From contig CAXHJY010001373.1 in assembly GCA_964016885.1 (NCBI GenBank), positions 1-64,000 on the forward strand: a stretch of 64,000 nucleotides of DNA, written 5' to 3'. The position numbers and the translations under genes are program-made. The notes beneath the pieces are model-generated. The model was given only the letters and a program-made list of their open reading frames with translations. It was not told the DNA's origin and made no database searches. Positions within the stretch are counted from its first letter, which is position 1; every line of letters begins with the position of its first letter. This document shows positions 25,549 through 37,471 of the stretch, piece by piece. Origin of the DNA: Eledone cirrhosa. Lineage: Eukaryota.

Positions 25549-27199
25549 GAAGTGAATATCTTCATGGTCACTTAATTGCTAGAAATAGAGGCTAAATGCC
25601 TGTAAAATCACATACAATCCCGTTTTTTTTTCTTTTCAAAACGTAAGATCACATTGATCAAACAGTCCTAAATGTACAGAAAATTTACAAAAATAGGGAA
25701 TGTTCATGACTAGAATGCCTTTGAATCATAAGTCTTCAGTTTGGGCCGACTCGGGGCTATATAACGATAATAGTAATGATGATGTTTCACTTAGGTAGAA
25801 ATACTAGGAGAGAGGAGGTTACAGTCTATTACATGGAACCAGTATTTCACTGGTATTTAATTCATCGACTCAGAAAGGAAGGATGATCCCCTCCCCAGTG
25901 AGGTTTCAACGATGATGTCATGTTGCCGATGAAAGCAATAATGAGTATGTATGAGGCAATCCAACCGACATAGTAGATTACTGGTATTCGTTGACACCAG
26001 CAGGGGGGGAAAAAAAGGTAAAAATCAACTGTATTATTTGAACCCAGAACCACAAAGATCGAAAGTAAACTATACTATGGTTCAATTAGGTTCGGTACTC
26101 TGACGGAACCTTTTCATAATCGCCTCACCTGCTAGAAATATTTGCCAAACTTATTCATGTCACATTCTACATTTTTTGTTTAAAGACACATCAGGTAATA
26201 TAATCTGGGACACACTATGGCTAGATAAAACAAGATGGGATGGTCACAGTTGGAATGTGTTTGGTCATAAATCTGCTTAAATGTTGACCGTCTAAAGATC
26301 TCTATTTTTAGACACACGTTTGCGGCGGAAGGACATCAATCGGATTATATACCTCAGTAACCAATATTGTGTTTCGAGATCTTGAGAGAAGGTTGTATTG
26401 TTGTGAAAATAAAATCATATCAGTATATTACTGGTGCCTTTGATCAAATCTTTACTAGATGTAGTAAAGAAAATGAAAAACAAACAAACCCGTATCAAGG
26501 TTTTAACGCAGATCGGAATACGACAATGCATTCAGGCTAGTAGACCGGTGCACCACCTCTCTCTCTTCCATCACAACATGATCACCACAACAATAACTTA
26601 TATATATATACTGTATATGTATATACAGAATTAGCTGATGAAACGGCAAGAGCTCAGCCGACGGTACCCGACTCTTTATAATATATATATACGTATATAT
26701 TTGTATATATATATATTTATACTAGAACACGGTGTATATTAAAGGATTGAAACTAAATGTAGATTTAATTACGTGTTTATTAAAATTAAAAGCCTTATAC
26801 TCTGAAAAAAAAAATGAAAGGAAACATGTTCAACTATTCCTCTGTACACATGACTATATAGATTGGGGCGGAATGAGAGTGCTCAACATTCTATGTATGT
26901 CCTGTTAGTCTAGGTTGTATGGAATATTGTAGTGCGGTAAATATCAAGTCGGTGTATATAATGTATGTGTATAATGTGTTGCATTTTTTGGTCATTAGAG
27001 AGGGAACGTTTGAGGCCCATTACGTTTTTTCCTTGGGAAAACATACTTGTGATGACGACTTTAGCTTTAAAATATTCTTGAAAAATTATCAAACATACGC
27101 AAATGTATATATATATATATACACGAACGAGATATTGTTGACTGGTACTCGAGTTTCGCTGAGCCAAAGGCTAATTCGTCTGAATGTATGGGTGATTGC

Positions 27200-27233
<34 letters not shown>

Positions 27234-27300
27234 GTTATTCCGGGTTGAATCGGAGGTAACCACAGTAAGTAAGGTACTCAATACATAGCAGAGTATAACA

Positions 27301-27425
27301 GTTTTAATATAGATGAGATTCTACAGGACTAGAACTGTTTCATTCATTAGAAATCATCAGGGAGATTCCTGATGATTTCTAATGAATGAAACAGTTCTAG
27401 TCCTGTAGAATCTCATCTATATTAA

Positions 27426-27428
<3 letters not shown>
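27301..27428. repeat. Near-perfect inverted repeat (~61-bp arms) made of two back-to-back hammerhead copies
   Basis: GTTTTAATATAGATGAGATTCTACAGG...CATCAGG pairs with CCTGATG...CCTGTAGAATCTCATCTATATTAAAAC. Confidence 0.95.
27362..27414 (+). ncRNA. Type I hammerhead ribozyme (complete)
   Basis: Stem I GAGATTC/GAATCTC. Core CTGATGA. Stem II T-TTC[TAAT]GAA-T. GAAA. Stem III ACAG[TTCTAGTC]CTGT. Cleavage triplet GUA. Confidence 0.8.
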
Positions 27429-27465
<37 letters not shown>

Positions 27466-27533
27466 CGAAGGAATTGTGGTAAGGAACCAGATGGACCATA
27501 GCGCACCAAAGTACTTAGGGTAGTAGAGTGGGT

Positions 27534-27652
27534 AATAGGAACAAGTATGATCCCGACGGCAGAGCTCAAGCCGTTTCGACGGCTATTTCTGGACTGAAAT
27601 AGCCGTCGAAACGGCTTGAGCTCTGCCGTCGAGGTCATACTTGTTCCTATAT
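27534..27652. repeat. Fold-back palindrome built from the 3' half of a hammerhead
   Basis: ~55-bp arms around the loop TGGACT. Each direction reads GAAACGGC[TTGAGCTCT]GCCGTC. Confidence 0.85.
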
Positions 27653-28008
27653 ATATATAAATATATATACACACGCACACACGTTCTGACTCATCTCTGT
27701 TGTCATTGGAATATATATTAAATATTAAAAAAATGGCAGCTGATATATCACTGGTTATAAAGTCAGGGTCCGCTGTAATTTGTATGTGTGAGGTGGGATA
27801 AGATAGGTATGATACGCAAGATTGGCGTACCATCCCTTGCTACCGTCACTAGTGTATTTATTACCAGAATATAAGCACTTTTACTCCTTCTTTCTAACAA
27901 TATCATGTTACTACACACCCAATCATACTTACACACGTGTGTATATATAGTTTCGTTACACGTTGTAGAAAGTAGTAGTTGGCAGGAGTCATGTTTGTTA
28001 TAACACAC

Positions 28009-28039
<31 letters not shown>

Positions 28040-28460
28040 CCAAGTTTACTTGGTGAGGAGGGTGATTTTGGACACCCTGTAGGACAAAAAACAAACCCTG
28101 ACAAAGGGCGGAAGAACTCATAAGAGTCAACGGCCATCGAAAAATGTGTAAATATGTATGTACACATGTACATATGTATATGCGCGGGGACATCGAAATA
28201 GCCAGGCTGGATACTCGATCGCGCAGTTAAACCACTGGGAGTGAAGGACCTCTAGCCTTTGTCAAGGCGTCCTTCTAGGAGAAGGTAACTCAGGAAACTG
28301 GGATAACTCCAACATAAAACCTACGGCTCAGTAGTTACCGATGATGTTGATCTTTTCTTCTTTTTGGGTTATAGCTACTGTTGCTCAGAGAGTGGGATTG
28401 GCTCAGTGCCTTTCCTCACTTTAAAAAAAAATCATCACGCACAGGCATTGCACGATAGAA
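28040..28460 (+). mobile_element. RTE-type 5'-UTR-like repeat
   Basis: Homologous to 15760-16300. Confidence 0.7.
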
Positions 28461-28477
28461 TTAATTGATAATTATTA

Positions 28478-28670
28478 ATAATTGTTTCTACTTTAGGCAC
28501 AAGGCCAGCAATTACCCAGTGCATTACTGGTACTTTATTTTATCGACCCCGTAAGGATGAAAGGCAAAGTCAACCTCGGCAGGATTTGAACTCAGATCGT
28601 AAAGGGACGTAACTATGCTGGAAAGCATGGCATCCGACCCTCTACCGATACTGCCAATCCACCGCCCTTA
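28478..28670 (-). mobile_element. OK/OR-like SINE, full length
   Basis: Reverse complement of the 2899-type unit, ending GCCAATCCACCGCCCT. Confidence 0.8.
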
Positions 28671-28770
28671 ATATATTATTAATATATTAATAATAATAAT
28701 AATTATTAATAATGTTATATAAAAGACGTAAAATAAGAAAATGTTAAAAAATTAAAAAAATTAACTTACT

Positions 28771-28848
<78 letters not shown>

Positions 28849-28939
28849 TTGTTTTCTTTAAACAGCATCTTGTGATGAGATTGTATAGGAGTGAGAGTAA
28901 TATGATTGTTAGGTACTGATTTTGTTTAACCCCAGGTCC

Positions 28940-29335
28940 TTTTCCTTTCATCCTTACGGGGCCGATGAAATAAAGCACCGGTAATACACCGGAGTCGATT
29001 TAATTGACTTTCCCTCCCCTAAAATTGTTGGCTTGTTCCTAAATCAGAAACCATAATCCAGCCGAGGTTAACTTTGCCTTTCATCCTTACGGGGTCGATA
29101 AAATAAAGTACCAGTAATACACTGGAGTAATAGCTGGCCTTGTGCCAAAAGTAGAAACAATTATTACAGAGGGTTGGATGCCATGCTTTCTAGTATAGTT
29201 ACGTCCCACTACGGTCTGAGTTCAAATCCCGTCGAGGTTAACTTTCCCTTTCATCCTTACAGGGTCGATAAAATAAAGTACCAGTAATGTATTGGGTAAT
29301 TGCTGGCCTTGTGCCAAAAGTATAAACAATTATTG
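28940..29335 (+). mobile_element. Tandem OK/OR-like SINE copies
   Basis: Three copies of the SINE core. Confidence 0.75.
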
Positions 29336-29599
29336 CCAAATGTGACCTTCCATTTTTTAAAGACATTTTTTATGTGATTTGAGGGAGATTTGGCTGTTAT
29401 TTCTAGTTGATGAGTGATCGCATAGAGGCTTCTTTGTATAGTAGTGGGAAAGATTTGGCTTCTATATCTAGCAAGTTAGTGACCACATAGAGATTTCCTG
29501 GTTGGCTTATGTGATTTTGTTTGTGTGTTTATATGGTGGTATAAAGTGACTACATATAGCTTCCTGGTTGGCTTGTATCCTTGTTTATATATTGATAGT

Positions 29600-30722
29600 G
29601 TAGTTAGAGTTGTGTGAGGTGGTAGTGGTGTGTGAGGTGGTGTGGTTATGTTGTGTGAGGTGGTGTGGTTATGTTGTGTGAGGTGGTGTGGTTATGTTGT
29701 GTGAGGTGGTGGTGTGGTTATGTTGTGTGAGGTGATAGTGTGGTTATTTTGTGTGAGGTGATAGTGTAGTTCGAGTTGTGTGAGGTGGTAGGGGTGTGGT
29801 TATGTTGTCTGAGGTGGTAGGGGTGTGGTTATGTTGTCTGAGGTGGTAGGGGTGTGGTTATGTTGTCTGAGGTGGTAGTGGTGTGGTTATGTTGTCTGAG
29901 GTGGTAGTGGTGTGGTTATATTGTGTGAGGTGGTAGTGTGGTTATGTTGTCTGAGGTGGTAGTGAGATTATGTTGTGTGAGGTGGTAGTGGTGTGGTTAT
30001 GTTGTGTGAGGTGGTAGTGGTGTGGTTATGTTGTGTGAGGTGGTAGTGGTGTGGTTATGTTGTGTGAGGTGGTAGTGGTGTGGTTATGTTGTGTGAGGTG
30101 GTAGTGTTATGCTGTGTGAGGTGGTAGTGTGGTTATGTTGTGTGAGGTGGTAGTGTGGTTATGTTGTGTGAGGTAGTAGTGGTGTGGTTATGTTGTGTGA
30201 GGTGGTAGTGGTGTGGTTATGGTGTGTGAAGTAGTGGTGTGGTTATGTTGTGTGAGGTAGTGGTGTGGTTATGTTGTGTGAGGTGGTAGTGGTGTGGTTA
30301 TGTTGTGTGAGGTGGTAGTAGTGTGGTTATGTTGTGTGAGGTAGTGGTGTGGTTATGTTGTGTGAGGTAGTAGTGGTGTGGTTATGTTGTGTGAGGTGGT
30401 AGTGTTATGCTGTGTGAGGTAGTAATGGTGTGGTTATGTTGTGTGAGGTGGTAGTGCGTTTATGTCGTGTGAGGTGCTGGTGTGGTTATGTTGTGTGAGG
30501 TGGTAGTAGTGTGGTTATGTTGTGTGAGGTGGTGGTGGTGTGGTTATGTTGTGTGAGGTGGTGGTGTGGTTATGTTGTGTGAAGTGGTAGTGGTGTGGTT
30601 ATGTTGTGTGAGGTGGTAGTGTGTTTATGTCGTGTGAGGTGGTAGTAGTGTGTTTATGTCGTGTGAGGTGGTAGTAGTGTGGTTATGTTGTGTGAGGTGG
30701 TCGTGGTGTGGTTATGTTGTGA
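29600..30722. repeat. GT-rich minisatellite, ~23-29 bp unit
   Basis: Tandem GTGTGGTTATGTTGTGTGAGGTGGTAGTG variants. Confidence 0.95.
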
Positions 30723-30815
30723 TATGTAAGAAGTACCAGTATTAGTAGCTTGTCATAGCAGCTGATCCCTCTGCAAGATTAATCCTAACCTGCTTTAACA
30801 GGGAACGTACCTTAA

Positions 30816-31033
30816 CTCTTTACCATTTACATTACTCTATATTTACTATTGTATTTTCACGATAAACACTTTATTTCAAATAATTATCACACATATGGAA
30901 TCTACGAGATTTTACTATTATATATTTTGAGAACAACACCTTAACATTGGTATGAGTGGCCAGTTATGGCCAGTTTGAACAGAAAGAGGTGAGAGAATTC
31001 TGGTTGGATATGGCCAGTTTACATGCTAAAGGG
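30816..31033. mobile_element. piggyBac-type MITE
   Basis: TTAA flanks and ...ATGCTAAAGGG end. Same family as 50651, 52704 and 57713. Confidence 0.75.
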
Positions 31034-31583
31034 TTAAAGCATTTGTTGTTATTAAGCCCCAGATCATTCCTTTTTGAGCAAACCTATGATCAAGACATTC
31101 CAGTTGTGACCAATGTGTTCTTCCTTTTTAATAATTGTTTCTACTTTTGGCACAAGGCCAGCAATTAAACAGTGCATTACTGGTACTTTATTTTATCGAC
31201 CCCGTGAGGATGAAAGGCAAAGTCAACCTCGGCGGGATTTTAATTCAGATTGTAGAGGGACGTAATTATGCTTGAAAGCATGCTGTCCAACCCTCTACCG
31301 ATACTGAATGGCAGGGCATAATTTCAGGTTGATTTAGCTCTTAATTCTAGCCAAATCAAAGGACTATGTACCCCCCTCCCCCCTCATATGTGATGCAGGT
31401 GATGTCTTTTAAAAATGATATTCAGTAATTAAGATCTAGAGAAGGGCAACAAAGTGTATGTAGATGTATGGATGTGAGTGGTTGCATGCATATGTGAATG
31501 TGTTTATATGTATGCATGTGTGTGTGTGTGGTGGAGGTTACATATTATAATTAAGACTCTTAGATGGTTTCTGAAATTGTCAA

Positions 31584-34500
31584 TCATCATCATCATTGTT
31601 TAACGTCCGTGTTCCATGCTTGCATGGGTTTGGACGGAGGGTTTTCCCACTTGAGGCAAGAGTGGTTATCTTGCTCGCATAGGACTATCTGGCGGGTTTT
31701 CTACAGCTGGATGCCCTTCCTAACACCAACCACATTTACAGTGTGGGGCTGGGAGGTTTTTACCGTGTTGCCTACACGGCCACATTACAGCGTGAACTGT
31801 GTGTTTTTTTGACGTGACACCTACACGATCTCATTTGTTTCGGCCTGGATGTTGTGGCACCAACATAACTTTACATTGAAAGGGGCGGTGTGGATGGGGT
31901 GGGGGTGGTGGGACGGGGGTGTATTTTGTTAGAGATGCCTACTGGCTGTAGTAGGTTTTACTTTGTATTTAGGTAAGGCGGGTCTTCTCTATTACTGAGT
32001 ACCGCCAAAGGTCTCGGTCCAGTGACATTGTCTTGGTGAGGTGTAAGTGTGTGAGGTCGGAATTTATCAGCTCGTCCCAGGTTTTTCTGGGTCTGCCTAT
32101 TCCGTGGCTACCGTCTATCTTTATTGCCCTGCACTTTGTTATACAGCTATCGTCCTTCATGCGCATCACGTGACCATACCAACGTAGCCTTCTCTCGAGT
32201 AAACAACATCTGATCCCTCTTATTTCTAATTTTTTCCTTAGTTCGTTTATGCTTTGCCGTTCATGTATATTACTATTACACATCCAGCGGAGCATGCAAG
32301 CTTCGTTTCTCTCTAGTCTGCGTATATCCTCTGCACACAATGCCCAGGTCTCACTGCCGTGCAACATTGCTGTTCGTATGCAGGCATCGTACAACCTGCC
32401 TTTCATTTTTAGGGAGAACCCTTTAGCGGCTAATAGTGGTATGAGCTCTCTGAACTTTTTCCACCCAGTTCTGACTCTAGCTACTGTACTTTCAGAGCAC
32501 CCTCCCCCACTGCTGATTTTGTCACCCAGGTAACGGAAGCTGTCCACTATTTCTATAGAACCCTCTGCGCAGTTGAAAGAGCTAGTATTTTGTGGGCACT
32601 TGCTGCTACTTATTGCCCCAGAACACCGGCCACATGTAAAATCTATGTTCTTAGTTAGCTTACTTGTGATCCCACTACATCTTTTATGCACCCAAACTTT
32701 GCATTTGGGACACAAAATGGAGTTTCTACCTACGCCTTTCCTACACTCTGAGCATGGCCACTTCCCGGAGGGGACCGCCGCCTTATTTTCTTTCTTACAA
32801 ACTAGAACTTTAGTCTTAGCCAGGTTAATTTTAAGGCCTTTTGATACTAGGCCGTGCTTCCATGTTTGGAATTTCTTCTCTAGCTCGGCCATTGTTTCAG
32901 CTATAAGCGTTAGATCATCTGCGTATAGGAGTTCCCATGGGCAGCCGGTCTTGAACTCCACTGTTATAGCCTGGAGGGCAATAATAAATAGTAGGGGGCT
33001 AAGAACAGAGCCCTGATGAACACCAACTTTTACACTAAACTCTTCACTATATTCGTTGTTAATTCTAACCTTGCTGACTGTTTCTTTATACATGGCTTGT
33101 ATAGCTCTCACAAGCCATTCATCAACACCTAGTTTTCTAAGAGCCCACCAGATAATGGAACGGGGGACTCTGTCGAAGGCTTTCTCCAAGTCAACGAAAG
33201 CTAAGTATAGGGGTTTCCTTTTAGCTAGGTACTTCTCCTGTAGTTGTCGTACAATGAAAAGAGCGTCTGTGGTACTTTTTCCTGACACAAACCCAAACTG
33301 CATTTCATCTAGATCAATTCTCTCTCTGATTAGTTGCGCTATTACTTTTTCCGTGACCTTCATGATCTGGTCGATTAATTTAATGCCTCTATAGTTACTC
33401 CTATCTAGGGCATCTCCTTTACCCTTATAACAGTTAACGATGATGCTGCTATGCCAGTCCTTCGGAACAGCCCCATTCTGTATGACTTGGTTGACTATCC
33501 GGGTGACCATGGTGTGTCCCACCGTACCAGATGCCTTCAGCATCACGGCAACTATTTCCGAAGGCCCAGCCGCCTTACCCGTCTTCATATCTTTGATTGC
33601 CTTACTTATTATACTACCCTCGACTAACACTGCTGGTCCCTCTATTGGGTCGATGTGGGGGAGACTGTCTTTCTCCCATTTATTCTCCTCATTTAGTAGC
33701 CTTTCATAGTGACACTTACAAACTACCTTCTTATCAGCGTCGGTGATGGCAAGTACGCCGTCATCATTAAGTACACACTTCTCCCCGACAATATCACTGT
33801 TTTCCTTGACACATTGCCTAGCAATCCTGAACACCTCACGTTTTTGGTCCTCACGTTGTAGAACATGCTTGAACTTTCTTTCCTCTGCTTCCCTTCTTGC
33901 GAAGTACACTTGTCTCCTAGCTTCCCTCCTGGCCACTTGATAGTCTTCTCTACTTCCCCCATCCCGCCATACTTTCCAAGCCTGCTTTTTGGACTTGATT
34001 GACTCCTCCACCTTACTGTTCCACCACCAAGTTACTCTCCTCCTGCCAACAGGCCTGCTCCAGCCACAGACTTCATCTGTCGCCATCAGCAGGTTTGCTT
34101 TCAGAAATTCCCACTGTCCTTTAGAGTCGGACAATATATTGTCCGACTCTAAATGCTCTTCCTTACTGTCGAAAGCATCAAGTAATATGCTTTGAAATTT
34201 ATTTCTGGCTGTGGGGTCCTTTAGCTTCCATATTTTTCTCCTGAGGATAGTCCTCTTCTGTTGTCTAGTACGTCTCGTCCTGACTATTAGGTCGCTAATT
34301 ATCAGTCTATGTTGGGAGGTGCATTCTTCATGGGGGAGGGATTTAGTGTTTACAACAGTCACTCTGTCACGTCTCCTGGTAAGGATATAATCTACCTGGC
34401 TGGTATGTTCCCCTGATCTGTAGGTGATCAAGTGATTGTCTCGTTTTTTGAAGTTAGTGTTGCAGATAGTTAGGTTATTTGCGTCACAGAATTCCAGGAT

Positions 34501-35500
34501 TCTGGAGCCTTCCTCATTTCTAGTACCAAACCCATAGCCTCCATGGATTTCGTCGTAGCCGTCACAATGTTGTCCAACGTGACCATTTAGGTCGCCCGCA
34601 ATAATTATATAGTCACTGTTGGTTATTTGGGAGGTAGTGAGCATCAGCGTCTCATAGAATCTGTCTTTTATAGTGCTGGGCAGTCCGGATTGGGGTGCGT
34701 ACGCGGATATTACTGTCACCGTAGTTCTATTGAGGACAAGTCTTATTTTAATTATTCTGTCGTTCACTCTATTTACGTCTATTATGTTATCTGCCCACTT
34801 TTCTGCTACCATAATTCCTACTCCACCCAGCCCATTGTCATTTCCCACCCAGAAAAGCTTATAGCATCGTTTTCTACCCACAATGAATCTAGCAGATCCA
34901 CCCCTCCACCTGGTCTCTTGAATACAACAAACATCGACCTCCTTACGTTCAAGCATTTCTACAACCTCGTTAGAGCAACCCTTTAAGGTGCCTACATTCA
35001 AGGTACCAACTCTGAAGTTTTGGATTGCGTTTGGGGGGTGGGAACGGTGGGGAGCGGGGGGAGACGGGGTTATGTTGGCCATCCGCGGCCGAAACAAAGA
35101 GGAATGCTCGCATTCTCGTCCACGAGGTGTGTTTGTCTTTATCTTTGGCATTGTCGCTGAGCGTCCAGATTTTTCTCTCTTCAACTCTCCGGAACTCCGT
35201 AGTCCTTCCATCCTACATATCGAAGGCGACCAGGTAAGCGATAGTATAGGCCTCTGGCTTATGATTGGTCCACGTAATAATAATGGTGGTGCATGGGGGT
35301 GGGAGGGAGGGGTGTTGAGTTGTTAGCGAGAATAATAGGTTTAAGTGAGAACCTCGAATTTAACAAACAAAAATACAAGATTTGTTTAGTAAAATACGCC
35401 AAAAACTTTCGTATTTAACATGAAATGACGAAATACAAGATTTGTTTTGGAAAATACGAGATAGGATACATAGGAAATAGGATGGAATGGCTAGTAGGGA
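31584..35500 (-). mobile_element. RTE-clade LINE, apparently near full length, antisense in pecanex intron 1
   Basis: Long EN+RT ORF and a 3' UTR ending in an (ATG)n tail at ~31584. The 5' boundary is uncertain. Confidence 0.9.
31969..35211 (-). CDS. RTE LINE protein: AP endonuclease and RT with an inserted Cys/His (PHD-like) finger, 1080 aa
   Basis: GTLNVGTL, CIQETRW, AGDLNGHVG, SQVDYIL, SQHRL (EN). FVDLEKAFDRV, GVHQGSVLSP, YADD (RT). CSEC...CPKC..WVHKRC...CGRC finger. Confidence 0.95.
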   Translation of the reverse strand: MEGLRSSGELKREKSGRSATMPKIKTNTPRGRECEHSSLFRPRMANITPSPPAPHRSHPPNAIQNFRVGTLNVGTLKGCSNEVVEMLERKEVDVCCIQETRWRGGSARFIVGRKRCYKLFWVGNDNGLGGVGIMVAEKWADNIIDVNRVNDRIIKIRLVLNRTTVTVISAYAPQSGLPSTIKDRFYETLMLTTSQITNSDYIIIAGDLNGHVGQHCDGYDEIHGGYGFGTRNEEGSRILEFCDANNLTICNTNFKKRDNHLITYRSGEHTSQVDYILTRRRDRVTVVNTKSLPHEECTSQHRLIISDLIVRTRRTRQQKRTILRRKIWKLKDPTARNKFQSILLDAFDSKEEHLESDNILSDSKGQWEFLKANLLMATDEVCGWSRPVGRRRVTWWWNSKVEESIKSKKQAWKVWRDGGSREDYQVARREARRQVYFARREAEERKFKHVLQREDQKREVFRIARQCVKENSDIVGEKCVLNDDGVLAITDADKKVVCKCHYERLLNEENKWEKDSLPHIDPIEGPAVLVEGSIISKAIKDMKTGKAAGPSEIVAVMLKASGTVGHTMVTRIVNQVIQNGAVPKDWHSSIIVNCYKGKGDALDRSNYRGIKLIDQIMKVTEKVIAQLIRERIDLDEMQFGFVSGKSTTDALFIVRQLQEKYLAKRKPLYLAFVDLEKAFDRVPRSIIWWALRKLGVDEWLVRAIQAMYKETVSKVRINNEYSEEFSVKVGVHQGSVLSPLLFIIALQAITVEFKTGCPWELLYADDLTLIAETMAELEKKFQTWKHGLVSKGLKINLAKTKVLVCKKENKAAVPSGKWPCSECRKGVGRNSILCPKCKVWVHKRCSGITSKLTKNIDFTCGRCSGAISSSKCPQNTSSFNCAEGSIEIVDSFRYLGDKISSGGGCSESTVARVRTGWKKFRELIPLLAAKGFSLKMKGRLYDACIRTAMLHGSETWALCAEDIRRLERNEACMLRWMCNSNIHERQSINELRKKLEIRGIRCCLLERRLRWYGHVMRMKDDSCITKCRAIKIDGSHGIGRPRKTWDELINSDLTHLHLTKTMSLDRDLWRYSVIEKTRLT

Positions 35501-35827
35501 AGAAGAATTGGAATGAGGATAGAAATGCTATAGGGTTTGGAAGGACTATGAAATTAAGCGGATGTTAGAAAAGTTAGAAAAATGTGCACGTTACATTATA
35601 CCATTGAATGAAAAACGGCCACAAATTTGGCGAAAGTGGATTTCTTGTGTGGGTTATCTTATATATATATATGGATAGAGAGAGGGGGGGGGGGGGTTGA
35701 CCGCATGTTGTAGAGTGTGGTGGAGGGGGAGAAGATATTAAGGAGCGGGAATTAAGAGTTTGAAATAATAACAAATATATTTAAAATATTGTATGAGAGA
35801 ATAATAGGTTGCAATGTATGTGTTTAT

Positions 35828-36270
35828 TGGTGGTGGTGGTGTGGTGTAGTGGTGGTGGTGTGATGTAGTGGTGATAGTGTGTAACAGTGATGGTGTGGTG
35901 TAGCAGTGATGGTGTGGTGTAGCAGTGATGGTGTGGTGTAACAGTGATGGTGTGGTGTAACAGTGATGGTGTGGTGTAGCGGTGGTGGTGTGGTGTAACA
36001 GTGGTGGTGTGGTGTAGGAGTGATGGTGTGGTGTAGCGGCGGTGGTGTAGCAGCGGTGGTGTGGTGTAGCGGCGGTGGTGTGGTGTAGCGGCGGTGGTGT
36101 GGTGTAGCGGTGGTGGTGTGGTGTAGCAATGGTGGTGTGGTGCAGCAGTGGTGGTGTGGTGTAGCAGTGGTGGTGTGGTGCAGCAGTGGTGGTGTGGTGC
36201 AGCAGTGGTGGTGTGGTGCAGCAGTGGTGGTGTGGTGTAGCAGTGGTGGTGTGGTGTGGCGATTGTGGTG
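35828..36270. repeat. 19-bp minisatellite
   Basis: Tandem GGTGTGGTGTAGCAGTGGT variants. Confidence 0.9.
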
Positions 36271-36937
36271 TATATGAAGTGCGAGACCAAGAGATGGGGG
36301 AGGTGCCTTCTTATACTTGTCATGTAAGCTACCAGCTTAATAAGCTGAGATATCATATTTTAATGTCAATACATTATGCCTGTTCCCGCCCTTCCCCAAA
36401 CTACACACATGCATGCTGATACACATGCATAGACATGCAGACACACATGCACACACACACACTGATACACATGCATAGACATGCAGACACACATGCACAC
36501 ACACACACACATGCACACACACACACACACACATGCACACACACATTCTCTCACACAACACAAACAAAAGCAACAGGCATTATCTGTTAAGCTTCATTGT
36601 AGAAGCTGTGCAAGGTTATTATTTAGGGTTGAAATTCCTTCATTGTCTTTCCCCACCACCCTTTCATACCCCCTCCTCAGGCAGATTCCCCTGTTTTTCT
36701 GCTATTTATCCCATATTTTCACCTCCTACTCTTGTCACCCACCCCCACCCATCTCTACCTTGTCACCCTCTGATTTTCTTTTATCTCTGTTGTTTAACGC
36801 TACCCTCCTCCCGTTCTCACACACATGTCCAGACTTTAAGGGGGTGAGGGTAACTGGCTATCTGTTACTGCCATAACCTGACACACACATGAATACACAC
36901 ACAGATACATTGACATGCACATTCACAAATACAACCA

Positions 36938-37316
36938 TCATCATCATCATTTTACGTCCGCTTTTCCCTGCTTGCAAGGGTGGGACGGAAACTGATTCTA
37001 GCTTGATTTCTACAGCTGGATGCCCTTCCTGACACCAACCTCATTTACAGTGCTGAGTGCTTTTTTTTTCCGTGGCGCCTACATTTCCACTTTACAGTGT
37101 GAGCTGGGTGCTTTTTTGCTGTGGCACCTCCACGACCACTTTGCAGTGGAATGATAGGGAACCCAGTCCTATCATCTCATTTCTACAGCTGAGTAAACTG
37201 GAGCAATGTGAAATAAAGTGTCTTGCTCAAGGAAACAACACATCACCCGGTCTGAGAATTGAACTCACAACCTTTCGATTGCAAGGCCAATGCTCTAACC
37301 ACTAAGCCATGTGCCT
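36938..37316 (-). mobile_element. tRNA-derived SINE with an RTE-derived 3' tail
   Basis: Reverse complement of 55623-55955. A-box TGGCTTAGTGG, B-box GAGTTCAATTC, (ATG)n tail. Confidence 0.85.
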
Positions 37317-37471
37317 CTCTCTCTATCTCTATCTCTATCTCTCTCTCCACACACACACACACAATAACAGGATTATGGCCATGTGTAAACTTATTACACA
37401 TACACACACACATTTACATAATACACATTCTCTCTCTCACACACATATACACATACATACACATTTATGCA

